From the sequence record LT960552.1: 64,000 nucleotides of DNA; one strand, written 5' to 3'. Made by a program: the position numbers and the translations under genes. The notes under the pieces are model-generated. The model searched no databases. It saw only the letters and a list, made by a program, of their open reading frames with translations, and had not been told where the DNA came from. Below are positions 53,981-63,281 of this stretch, piece after piece. How positions within the stretch are numbered: position 1 is the stretch's first letter; every line of letters starts with the position of its first letter.

Positions 53981-54760
53981 ATGATTAAATTATTAATGGA
54001 TGTACCATTGTCAGCATTGAGTACTGAACAATTAAAGTTGTTAGATTGGAAATCATTAAATCGTACCGATATTGAATCTGTCGATGATGAATTCATTTCT
54101 GCTAATTTTAATAAATTTAGTACTAATCTTGTAAAACATCTTATTATAAATGGTCGTGTTACTCCAAATGTAATGCAACATGACCAATGGATTGAATTCA
54201 TTAATACACAACATGAAATTAATGTATTTAAATATATCCAATTTCCTTACAGTATTATTAATGAACTTCTTGAAAATAACAAAAGTACTCAGTTTCAACG
54301 AAAAATTATTGACACACAACATTCCGTTCCAATTGAAACGATTATTAATAACATTTCACCATCTTCACTAAATGATATGTTGCTAAGTAATTCAAATCCA
54401 GCGGTAATTGATTATATTCAAACTCCTGAAGGTTCTGAATTATTAAAAAAACGCGGTACTGGAATGATGAATAACTTGAATTTTTTAACGAGTACTGAAG
54501 CAAACAACATGGGATTTGTTATTAAAAATCATACAATCAGTGTTGAAGTACTTCGCCGTGCTGGTGCGTGTAGTGATGGCTGTAACTATGCTCGTCGTAT
54601 CCTTAAAGAACTTAATGTGAGCCATATTAAATGGGATGATGCGATTTTACTTATTCGTAATAGCCCAAAATTACAAAATCGTACATCTATTCGTAACTAT
54701 TTGTCATGGATAATTGAATCACGTTCTCGTGTAGTACGTGCTTCATCTGAATTGTTTTAA
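53981..54760 (+). CDS. helical-repeat protein, C-S-D-G motif family
   Basis: RAGACSDGC motif. Confidence 0.7.
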   Translation: MIKLLMDVPLSALSTEQLKLLDWKSLNRTDIESVDDEFISANFNKFSTNLVKHLIINGRVTPNVMQHDQWIEFINTQHEINVFKYIQFPYSIINELLENNKSTQFQRKIIDTQHSVPIETIINNISPSSLNDMLLSNSNPAVIDYIQTPEGSELLKKRGTGMMNNLNFLTSTEANNMGFVIKNHTISVEVLRRAGACSDGCNYARRILKELNVSHIKWDDAILLIRNSPKLQNRTSIRNYLSWIIESRSRVVRASSELF

Positions 54761-54801
54761 AACTAAACTCTCTTCGGGGAGTTTTTAATAGGTATTAATT
54801 T

Positions 54802-55152
54802 ATGATATTATCTGAAAATATATTTTATATGCTTCTATCTGGATTTACATTTGGAATTACTTTTACAGTACTGTTAGTAATAGGATGGTTCTTCTGTGCA
54901 GACTATTACTATAAAGTATATAATATTCTTGATGAAGTTGGTTTGTTTGTAATTTACTTTATGAGCATATTAGTGTCCATCATTTTTACTGTCTTTTATA
55001 TAGAAGGTGATTATAAGGCAATGACTATGATACTCGTAATGTATAATATTACTATAGCATGTGCATTGTTATTGGTATTCTTTAATTTTATTATACCTCA
55101 TGTCCATAATATGCGAAAACATTTTGCCACTAAACGTGGACGAACATTATGA
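54802..55152 (+). CDS. membrane protein, W-x-F-x-x-D family paralog
   Basis: GWFFCADYY, C-tail KRGR. Confidence 0.65.
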   Translation: MILSENIFYMLLSGFTFGITFTVLLVIGWFFCADYYYKVYNILDEVGLFVIYFMSILVSIIFTVFYIEGDYKAMTMILVMYNITIACALLLVFFNFIIPHVHNMRKHFATKRGRTL

Positions 55153-55502
55153 TTGAGTTAATTACTAATTCATATAAGGTACTCACTGAGTATCCAAATA
55201 TTGTTAGCATCCCATTGTATCTCAGTACTCTATTTGTAGGATTGGTTATTATTGGCTGGTATTTCAGTACTGACTATTATGATGAGATAGAAAATTTCAT
55301 TGAGTGTGATGGTGTCGAATTTATAATCTTTAATGTAATAATACTAGCTACTAACTATATTATAATTTATAATCATGGTCTTTCTAATATTGTTAATATT
55401 ATATTTAATTTTATATTGTTCATAGCAGTAGTACTACCATTAATAATTAGTTGGCTAAATTGTTATCGTTTGTGTATTCGTAATAAACGAGGTAAACTAT
55501 GA
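55149..55502 (+). CDS. membrane protein, W-x-F-x-x-D family paralog
   Basis: GWYFSTDYY, C-tail KRGK. Confidence 0.65.
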   Translation: MIELITNSYKVLTEYPNIVSIPLYLSTLFVGLVIIGWYFSTDYYDEIENFIECDGVEFIIFNVIILATNYIIIYNHGLSNIVNIIFNFILFIAVVLPLIISWLNCYRLCIRNKRGKL

Positions 55503-55846
55503 GTGGTATGCAATGGTTAGAATCTAATCAAATTGTTTTCGGAGTCCCGACTTTTATTTTCATGACATTGTATATGTATATTTTTATAACATGGGTATTT
55601 GCAACCGATTTTTATGATAAGTTTCATGTAAATCATAAAGATGATTTAACAATGTTTAATATCTTGTTTTTCTTTAGTGTAATTAACTTCGTAATAGGAT
55701 TATTTTATTCATGGTTTAACCCAATTTCGTGTATAATAAATGGATTCATTTTTTTAGTTTTATTATTGTTCTTTGTTGATTTTTTGTATAATATTTTAAA
55801 AAAAATCAATAACCATTTTCTCATTAAACGAGGTAAGAAATGTTAA
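55499..55846 (+). CDS. membrane protein, W-x-F-x-x-D family paralog
   Basis: TWVFATDFY, C-tail KRGK. Confidence 0.65.
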   Translation: MSGMQWLESNQIVFGVPTFIFMTLYMYIFITWVFATDFYDKFHVNHKDDLTMFNILFFFSVINFVIGLFYSWFNPISCIINGFIFLVLLLFFVDFLYNILKKINNHFLIKRGKKC

Positions 55847-56175
55847 CATTTATTATTGATGCATATAACACACTTTTCATCGCAGCATTATTTTTCATTT
55901 TATTAGACTGGATGTTCGCATTGGATAAAATTAATCCTGTACTTGATCGTACTATCATGTCTGGTGATGATTACTTAGTTCCAGTTATTGGTTCTGAATT
56001 TATTGCATTGTTTACACTCTTCGTTGCCGTAATTACAAAAATCGAATTCTTCGTGATTGTAAGTTCAGGATTAACTATAATGTCTATGGGTTTGCTAGTG
56101 TTGGGATTGTTTTTTTACAGTATATTTGTTGTGCTGTCTAAAGTTAGGAAATATTTTATTACACGGAAAGTATAA
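55840..56175 (+). CDS. membrane protein, W-x-F-x-x-D family paralog
   Basis: DWMFALD, basic C-tail. Confidence 0.65.
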   Translation: MLTFIIDAYNTLFIAALFFILLDWMFALDKINPVLDRTIMSGDDYLVPVIGSEFIALFTLFVAVITKIEFFVIVSSGLTIMSMGLLVLGLFFYSIFVVLSKVRKYFITRKV

Positions 56176-56242
56176 ATGTACTTGACTTAAAATAAATTGT
56201 ATAGTATAATTTTACCTATCAACTGATAAAGAGGAATTTCCT

Positions 56243-56527
56243 ATGAAAGAAGAAATTATGTTAGAAGTAGCTAAACGTACCCTTAATGAAGTAAAAGAAC
56301 AAGTTCTTTCTACACCATTTATTGTATCCCCATTTGCATTTCTTGGTGTTATCGTTAGTCCATTGTGGGCTACTCTTGTAGTTGCATTAGTGGCGATGGC
56401 TTATATTGCTTATGAAGAATATAAGTACTATATTGATGAGTTGTATACTACTAAGTATGAAGACCCAAATAAAGTAGACCCCATCGAAAAAGAAGTTCAA
56501 AAACAAAAAGATTCTGAACAGAAATAA
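56243..56527 (+). CDS. membrane protein
   Basis: GAGG SD, central hydrophobic hairpin. Confidence 0.65.
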   Translation: MKEEIMLEVAKRTLNEVKEQVLSTPFIVSPFAFLGVIVSPLWATLVVALVAMAYIAYEEYKYYIDELYTTKYEDPNKVDPIEKEVQKQKDSEQK

Positions 56528-56577
56528 TAAAAAATCCCCCTGAATAGGGGATTATTAATTAAGATTAAAGGTGAAAA

Positions 56578-57201
56578 ATGAAACGTACTAAGAATATCAA
56601 TCATACTCGCTTTCGTAAAGTACATTCTTTTTGGAAGTACTCTGCGTTATTTTTAGCTATTGGAAGTACTTTCTTTCTAACAGCGTGTGATGATTTTCAA
56701 GAAGAAAATGTTTCAGTTTATAAAACAATTCAGGATTGTGAGAACAGTGCAAGTACTCAATCAGATAAAGACCGTTGTGCTTTGGATTATCAAAATGCAT
56801 TAGGGCAAGCTGAAAAGGTTGCACCTAAGTACGATTCTAAAGTATCATGTGAAGAAGAATTCGGTACTTCACAATGTACACAAAAAAGTACTAATACAAG
56901 TTCAGGTATTATGTGGTTCCCAATTATGAGCGGCTTTAGTTCTTCTAATGCTAATTATTCTAGTCAACCTTTATATTCCAGTTCCCGTTATTCATCTGCA
57001 ATGCATAATAAATTTGTTGATGCAAATGGAAATTCTTTTGGTGACTATAAAAATTCAGGTAAAGTATCAGTATCTAAATCTTCATTAGAACCAAAACGTA
57101 CAGTAACAAATACTATTACTCGTGCAGGTTTTGGAAGTACTGTAAAAGCAAAGGCTTCTTCAGTCTCGCATTCATCCAGTAGTCGTAGCTTCGGCGGGTA
57201 A
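56578..57201 (+). CDS. DUF1190 (YgiB-like) lipoprotein
   Basis: MKRTKNINH.RFRK N-terminus, LTAC lipobox, C..C..APKY.S...CEEEFG..QC, Ser/Gly tail. Confidence 0.85.
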   Translation: MKRTKNINHTRFRKVHSFWKYSALFLAIGSTFFLTACDDFQEENVSVYKTIQDCENSASTQSDKDRCALDYQNALGQAEKVAPKYDSKVSCEEEFGTSQCTQKSTNTSSGIMWFPIMSGFSSSNANYSSQPLYSSSRYSSAMHNKFVDANGNSFGDYKNSGKVSVSKSSLEPKRTVTNTITRAGFGSTVKAKASSVSHSSSSRSFGG

Positions 57202-57215
57202 CTCCTTAACCAAAA

Positions 57216-57233
57216 AAGCCCCAAATGGGGCTT
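57216..57233. terminator. terminator between convergent genes
   Basis: AAGCCCC-AAAT-GGGGCTT. Confidence 0.7.
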
Positions 57234-57238
57234 CTATG

Positions 57239-58387
57239 TTATACTACTATAATAATTTCTTCAAATATTAATACATTTGAACTGTGTGTAGTACTGTATC
57301 CACCATCAACTGCACCACATGCATATAACTTATTATTATCGGTTAATATATAAGTATTTTGATTACTACCAATAATTAATTTTATTATTGAACTTCCCCA
57401 AACAGGAGTAATTGAACTAAATGTTAACACATTAGTAGTATTTCCCCTACCTAACTGACCACTCACATTATAACCCGTATTCATGTAAATTCCATTATTA
57501 ACTAAATGTGTATTGATTGAATTAAGACCTACGAATAATTTTGAAATTGATGAACCGGCAGTTGTTATTTCAGTTAAAGTTTGATACACTGTTATTGTAC
57601 CACCATTTCCAAATTCACCATATATATTTGAACCACCTAATGTTGTACCTGTTATATATAATTTATTGTCCTTTATTACAAAGGTTGAAGTACCACCACT
57701 ACCAGCATCAAATGTGCTAATATTAGTCATTACCGAAATAAATGTTGTAGTACTTGTTGTGTTTCCGGTTCCTAACTGATATGAACCGTTAATACCACAA
57801 CCCAATAAGTTGTTTGATGAATCCTTTATGAAATTACCTCTAGCCTCTTTTACATCTGAACGAATAAATCTTAAAACATTCACTGAATTAGTATTGGTTC
57901 CATCACCAAAAGACGATATTGTAGTTACATTATTTTTCCCTGAACAATAATATGAACCATCTTTTAGTACTACTTGCATTTTTGCACCGTAATGGAAATA
58001 TATATCAGAAATTTGTGCGTCAGTTGTGATACCTACTGGACTGAATAAATCAGTTCTATTGACAAATGTAGTATTAAAATTTAAAGTGTCTGAACCAGAT
58101 AGTACTCTTGTATCTCCAGCGAACCAAAATTGATTACTAATGTCAATGTATAGTACTACTTGTGTACTTCCAGATGCCCATACGTCTTTAACACTAGAAC
58201 GTATAAAAATAAATTTAGGTACTGGATTAGTATGCCCTAATCCTAATTCACCATTTCTATTTGAACCAGCACCATATAAGTCACCACCAGTGGTTAAGTA
58301 TAATACCGCATTGGCTGAAGTGACAAGTTTCTTTATTCCTGGTATCGGTAATATATTAGTATTGCTTATTATTGGAAAAGGTAACAT
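57239..58387 (-). CDS. RCC1/BLIP-II-like beta-propeller protein (MLPF family)
   Basis: MLPFPII start; repeated LYGAGSN..GELGLG motifs. Confidence 0.8.
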   Translation of the reverse strand: MLPFPIISNTNILPIPGIKKLVTSANAVLYLTTGGDLYGAGSNRNGELGLGHTNPVPKFIFIRSSVKDVWASGSTQVVLYIDISNQFWFAGDTRVLSGSDTLNFNTTFVNRTDLFSPVGITTDAQISDIYFHYGAKMQVVLKDGSYYCSGKNNVTTISSFGDGTNTNSVNVLRFIRSDVKEARGNFIKDSSNNLLGCGINGSYQLGTGNTTSTTTFISVMTNISTFDAGSGGTSTFVIKDNKLYITGTTLGGSNIYGEFGNGGTITVYQTLTEITTAGSSISKLFVGLNSINTHLVNNGIYMNTGYNVSGQLGRGNTTNVLTFSSITPVWGSSIIKLIIGSNQNTYILTDNNKLYACGAVDGGYSTTHSSNVLIFEEIIIVV

Positions 58388-58397
58388 TTTATTCTCC

Positions 58398-59528
58398 TTA
58401 TACTGTTACTAATGTTATTGGTTGGAATGTTAGTACATTGGAACTAGGAGTTACGTTAAATCCACCATTTACCCCACCACACGCAACTAAACTGTTATCT
58501 TCGTATACTATATATGTATTTAAGTTACATGAGAAAATAGTAGCAGTACTAGGTACTGTAATATTCGGTACTAATCCAAATGTATAAACTACTCCTGAAC
58601 TTCCTCGTCCTAACTGACCGTTAGTACCATTACCAGTATTCATATACCCACCAGAATTGTGTACATGAGTTAATACATTACCAACGTTTTGTACTAATTG
58701 TGTTATCCCACTCCCAGCTTGTACTATATTGGTTAATGTACTATAAGTAACAGCAGAAGTACTTCCATCACCAAATTCACCGTATATACCTAATGATGAA
58801 CCCATTATATATAATAATCCATCCTTAACGCAAAATATTGACCTAAGTCCAGACCGGATTAATGATACTCCTGTACTCAATTGCACGTATGTCGTACTCC
58901 CTGAACTCACTACCGATGACCCCAACTGCATATAAGTGTTTGTTCCACATCCATGTAAATTATTATCAAAATCCAATATGTAATTACCATTAACCGATAA
59001 TACATTATTTCTAATAAATCTAAATGCATTGAATGAATCAACGTTAGTACCATCACCAAAAGATGTACTAGTACTTATATTGTTCTTACCCGTGCAATAC
59101 AATCTACCATCATTAAGCAACACACTCATCTTCGCATTAGAATAGAAATCTATATCCTTTATGTCCAATATGGATATGTTCGCAACAGAAAACATTGTGG
59201 TTATATTCACAAAACCATTAGTTGATCCAGCCGATCCAGTGTATATATAGGGATTGCCAGAAAACATTACTTTACCATCAGTGTCCATAACTATTATAGC
59301 TGCACTCGATAAACTAGCATAAATATCCCTTACTCCTGTCCTTATTAATATAAATTGTGGCTTTGCCCCTGTACTACCCAACTCACCTTGTACGTTTGCT
59401 CCCGCTCCGTATAAATTACCTGTAGCAGTTAAATATAATAATGCAGTACTACTAGAAACAAATTTCTTTATGTTCTTTGGATATACAGGTGATGACTTTG
59501 TATTACTTATTATCGGAAATGGTAACAT
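58398..59528 (-). CDS. RCC1/BLIP-II-like beta-propeller protein (MLPF family)
   Basis: Close paralog of adjacent gene. Confidence 0.8.
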   Translation of the reverse strand: MLPFPIISNTKSSPVYPKNIKKFVSSSTALLYLTATGNLYGAGANVQGELGSTGAKPQFILIRTGVRDIYASLSSAAIIVMDTDGKVMFSGNPYIYTGSAGSTNGFVNITTMFSVANISILDIKDIDFYSNAKMSVLLNDGRLYCTGKNNISTSTSFGDGTNVDSFNAFRFIRNNVLSVNGNYILDFDNNLHGCGTNTYMQLGSSVVSSGSTTYVQLSTGVSLIRSGLRSIFCVKDGLLYIMGSSLGIYGEFGDGSTSAVTYSTLTNIVQAGSGITQLVQNVGNVLTHVHNSGGYMNTGNGTNGQLGRGSSGVVYTFGLVPNITVPSTATIFSCNLNTYIVYEDNSLVACGGVNGGFNVTPSSNVLTFQPITLVTV

Positions 59529-59537
59529 AATTCCTCC

Positions 59538-60638
59538 TTATAATGGTAATGTTATTTGTGCGAATTTTCCTGAAGCAGATGTCGTTCCAGGTAATAATCC
59601 CGCTGTACCACCTGTGCCATATACTTTCCCATTCTTAACGTAATATACACAATTGTTAGTACTCACTAATTGACTTATACCTATGTCTGTACCAGTAGCT
59701 GTACTGTCGATATTACACTTAGTATATACAAATACCTGACTTTGGGTTAATCCTATATATGAACCCTGACCTGTACCATATATCCCAGCAGCCGTTCCTA
59801 GTACTGAACCATACGTAACACATGCACTCATTAATGGCTGAACTCCTGCACTCGGTACTACTACTGTACTCAATGCAGTCTTGTTACTCGTACCACCATT
59901 ACCTAATACTCCTAATGCACCATTACCTACAGTGTACCAACCATTACTCTTTAATACATATAATGTTAAATTACCTGCCTGTACACCTATAACACTACTC
60001 CCATTAGTCACTGCTACCCATTGCATCTGATTAGCCGCCGATGTGTTTACTATCTGATAATAATTGTTTACCCCTGTACCATATAATACATTACTGGTAT
60101 CTAAATAATATGAAGTACTTATCCCTAAACTTATCGATAAACAAAGGCTACTCCTTAATACAGGTAATGCATAATTACCACCTACATATCCTACCCATGA
60201 ACCACTCATGTATAATGCATTGTTACTCAGTACAAAACTTAATGTATTACTATTGCACTGCAAATCACGTACTGAATGAGTAGTCCCTGAAATCGTTAAA
60301 TCAAATAATATAGTACTTGTACTAGTGAAACTTGTACCTGAACCTGATAACCATTCAGTCTTCCCACTGTAATATAACTTGTTATCCTGCTGTACTACCA
60401 TCGTGTAACTAAATTGTCCTCCACACCATACATCCTGTACGTTACTCTTTATCTTAAACCAACTGCTTAATGAACCAGTATTACCTAAACCAAACTGACC
60501 ATATGCATTAGTACCTAAACCGTATAAATCTCCATTAGTATATAGTACTACTATGAAATTATACCCAGTACTTATCTTCTTTATTGTCCCTGTAGGTATT
60601 ATATTACCGTACTTTACTATCACCGGAAATGGTAACAT
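59538..60638 (-). CDS. RCC1/BLIP-II-like beta-propeller protein (MLPF family)
   Basis: LYGLGTNAYGQFGLG repeats. Confidence 0.8.
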   Translation of the reverse strand: MLPFPVIVKYGNIIPTGTIKKISTGYNFIVVLYTNGDLYGLGTNAYGQFGLGNTGSLSSWFKIKSNVQDVWCGGQFSYTMVVQQDNKLYYSGKTEWLSGSGTSFTSTSTILFDLTISGTTHSVRDLQCNSNTLSFVLSNNALYMSGSWVGYVGGNYALPVLRSSLCLSISLGISTSYYLDTSNVLYGTGVNNYYQIVNTSAANQMQWVAVTNGSSVIGVQAGNLTLYVLKSNGWYTVGNGALGVLGNGGTSNKTALSTVVVPSAGVQPLMSACVTYGSVLGTAAGIYGTGQGSYIGLTQSQVFVYTKCNIDSTATGTDIGISQLVSTNNCVYYVKNGKVYGTGGTAGLLPGTTSASGKFAQITLPL

Positions 60639-60649
60639 CTCTTCTCTCC

Positions 60650-61816
60650 TTAAAATGGTAATGTTAATTCTATAAATGATGTGCCTAATGTATTAGACGT
60701 TATACCCAATGAAGTACTACCACACCCCAATATTATATTATTCATCCTTCCTATATAACTCGTGTATGTCCCTATCCTTATTATATCTGTACTAGATATT
60801 AATACAGGTACTATCGTATAACTTCCTATTACTGATGTACTTACTCCTAATCCCAATGCACCACCATTGTTATTACCACCACATACATGTAATTTGTCAT
60901 CTATTCCAATGTAACTCGATGTCGGCGGAGATGATATGAATACCATATCTTTACTAGGAGAACTCTTGTATTGAACTGGCAACTGTACCTGTATCATTAA
61001 TCCAGTACTGTTCGTATTCGTGAAACTCGTATTACCATCACCAAATGTACCAGAATCATTAGAACCTAAACAATATCCAGTACCAGATGTATAGGCTATT
61101 ACCTTTGACTCACTTACCCTTACCCCTAATATCGGATCTGTAACTGTACTGAACATACGTGTTAATGATAATATACTCGCATTTAATACCCCTCCCTCTG
61201 TACTACTCTGTAAACAATATGTCGCGTTCCTTCCCGCTCCCCATACAGTTCCATCAGTTAACATCAGTACAGTACTGTTCCCTGTACTCGTTACATCTAA
61301 TACATTACTGCGTATGAATGTTAATGCCTTATAACCTACCGCAACTCCTGTACCTAACTCCCCGTACCTGTTTAATCCTATACCGTATAAATCATTATTG
61401 TTCATCAATACCATCGTGGTGAAACCAAAACTTATCTTCTTTATCTGTGATATGTCTATAGTACTAAAATATGAACTTACATCAGTAAACACCGTTACTT
61501 CATTCGATGTACCACCTAAATTAAATACATCCCTAGCACCACTTATATATACTTTGTTAGTATTCGTTACTATCATTGTACTCGAAGCATTACATGACAT
61601 CAATCGTACATCATTCCTTATGTATGTCAGTACGTTAAATCTGTTTACCTTATTACCTACACCTAATTGTCCACTCGTGTTATATCCACTCGTGTAAAAT
61701 AATCCAGTATTCAATAATACTATAGTCTGAAATAAATTACTGTATCCAGTTTGTATATCCTTGATGAACGCAGGTTCAGGTATATTTGTGTTGCTTATTA
61801 TCGGAAATGGTAACAT
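60650..61816 (-). CDS. RCC1/BLIP-II-like beta-propeller protein (MLPF family)
   Basis: GYNTSGQLGVG, GLNRYGELGTG repeats. Confidence 0.8.
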   Translation of the reverse strand: MLPFPIISNTNIPEPAFIKDIQTGYSNLFQTIVLLNTGLFYTSGYNTSGQLGVGNKVNRFNVLTYIRNDVRLMSCNASSTMIVTNTNKVYISGARDVFNLGGTSNEVTVFTDVSSYFSTIDISQIKKISFGFTTMVLMNNNDLYGIGLNRYGELGTGVAVGYKALTFIRSNVLDVTSTGNSTVLMLTDGTVWGAGRNATYCLQSSTEGGVLNASILSLTRMFSTVTDPILGVRVSESKVIAYTSGTGYCLGSNDSGTFGDGNTSFTNTNSTGLMIQVQLPVQYKSSPSKDMVFISSPPTSSYIGIDDKLHVCGGNNNGGALGLGVSTSVIGSYTIVPVLISSTDIIRIGTYTSYIGRMNNIILGCGSTSLGITSNTLGTSFIELTLPF

Positions 61817-61827
61817 CTCTTCTCTCC

Positions 61828-62976
61828 TTATTCTGGTGTGCTTACTATAATGAAATCATATGTGTTTATTCCTAACCATGTGCTAGTACCACATCCATAT
61901 ACTGTGTTATTGCTTAATATAAATGTACAACCATTTACTACATGGGCTGAACTTATTGAACCTATTTCTGTTCCTAAATTGAATGTACTAAATCCAGTAC
62001 TCCTATCAGTACTACTACCCATCTGATATCCAGCCAGCCCCGCACCATATAAAGAACTGTTGTTATAGTAAAAAGATTTTAATGTCTGTGATACAGTCTG
62101 AACTATACCTGTCGCAAAATCTTGTACTGAACCATTTTGACCACCATTACCTATGGTGAAAACAAATACTGTGTTATTAGGCCATGCAGGAATTCTTCCC
62201 CCAGGATTCGCACTAGTATTGCCACAAAATAATATCCTTGTATCCTGCATCGTACTGTCAGTACTAGCATATAGTAAACTATGTGTAGGATGCTCCTTAG
62301 CTTGTATAGGATATGTATAAGGAGATGGTAATGCTATCTGTGTCCAGCCTTGTTGTATAGTATTCGTATTCGTCCCTAACTTACCATTATTACTGTTCCC
62401 TGTACCATATAACTTATTGTCATTCGTTATAGCAAATGATGCGTTCGTATTATGTTGTACTGACCGTACATTACTTAATGATTGTGTGTATGTAGTCCTA
62501 TAGGTAGAATCAGCTCCTAACCAGTACTGATTGTTAAACCCTATTCCATATAATATACCATTAGTTAATAATATAAATGTTGAATTCGTCCCACAACATA
62601 TCTGCTTTACCGTAGTCTCAGGTGTACTCGTTAATGTATATAACTTATCATACCTAACCCATAACTTTCCTTGTGGACTATCATCATATCCTAATGGCCT
62701 AAAATATCCTGCACATTGATATTCTCCTGTACTTGTCCTTATTATTGTATGTGTAGGACCAACCCATACATCATCTACTCCTGTCTTGACTAATACCCAA
62801 TTCAAACTGTCAGATGCATGATCTATTCCAAATGCCCTCAGTTGATTCGTTCCCCTCATGTATAAATTACCATTACTGTATAATAATGCTATCGTCTGAT
62901 ATGAAGATACTATCTTCTTTATCTGTGACTTTATTATTATATTACCATAATGATTAATAATTGAAAATGGTAACAT
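61828..62976 (-). CDS. RCC1/BLIP-II-like beta-propeller protein (MLPF family)
   Basis: MLPFSII start; LYGTGNSNNGKLG repeats. Confidence 0.8.
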   Translation of the reverse strand: MLPFSIINHYGNIIIKSQIKKIVSSYQTIALLYSNGNLYMRGTNQLRAFGIDHASDSLNWVLVKTGVDDVWVGPTHTIIRTSTGEYQCAGYFRPLGYDDSPQGKLWVRYDKLYTLTSTPETTVKQICCGTNSTFILLTNGILYGIGFNNQYWLGADSTYRTTYTQSLSNVRSVQHNTNASFAITNDNKLYGTGNSNNGKLGTNTNTIQQGWTQIALPSPYTYPIQAKEHPTHSLLYASTDSTMQDTRILFCGNTSANPGGRIPAWPNNTVFVFTIGNGGQNGSVQDFATGIVQTVSQTLKSFYYNNSSLYGAGLAGYQMGSSTDRSTGFSTFNLGTEIGSISSAHVVNGCTFILSNNTVYGCGTSTWLGINTYDFIIVSTPE

Positions 62977-63259
62977 ATGTTTCTCCATACAAATCTAGTA
63001 CTCTATTGTACTTGTAATCATATTTACCCACTTTATACCCCTCTTGTACCTTTTTAATACTATAACATGTACCACAATATACCCCCTAAAACCTCTCCAG
63101 TACTTCATAGCAAGCACGTGTTTGCTTCCTGTAGTATCGCTTCGCGATATCGAAAGGATTCAAACAAGACAAAACTACGTTTCTTAAAAGTTATGTATAT
63201 ATTAACAGTACTATATGTTTGTACATATATATTGAAATATCTAACCTTGGACTATAAAG

Positions 63260-63281
63260 TACTTGATAGTACTATCAAGTA
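63260..63281. repeat. 22-bp perfect palindrome centred on AGTACT
   Basis: TACTTGATAGT-ACTATCAAGTA. Confidence 0.85.
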
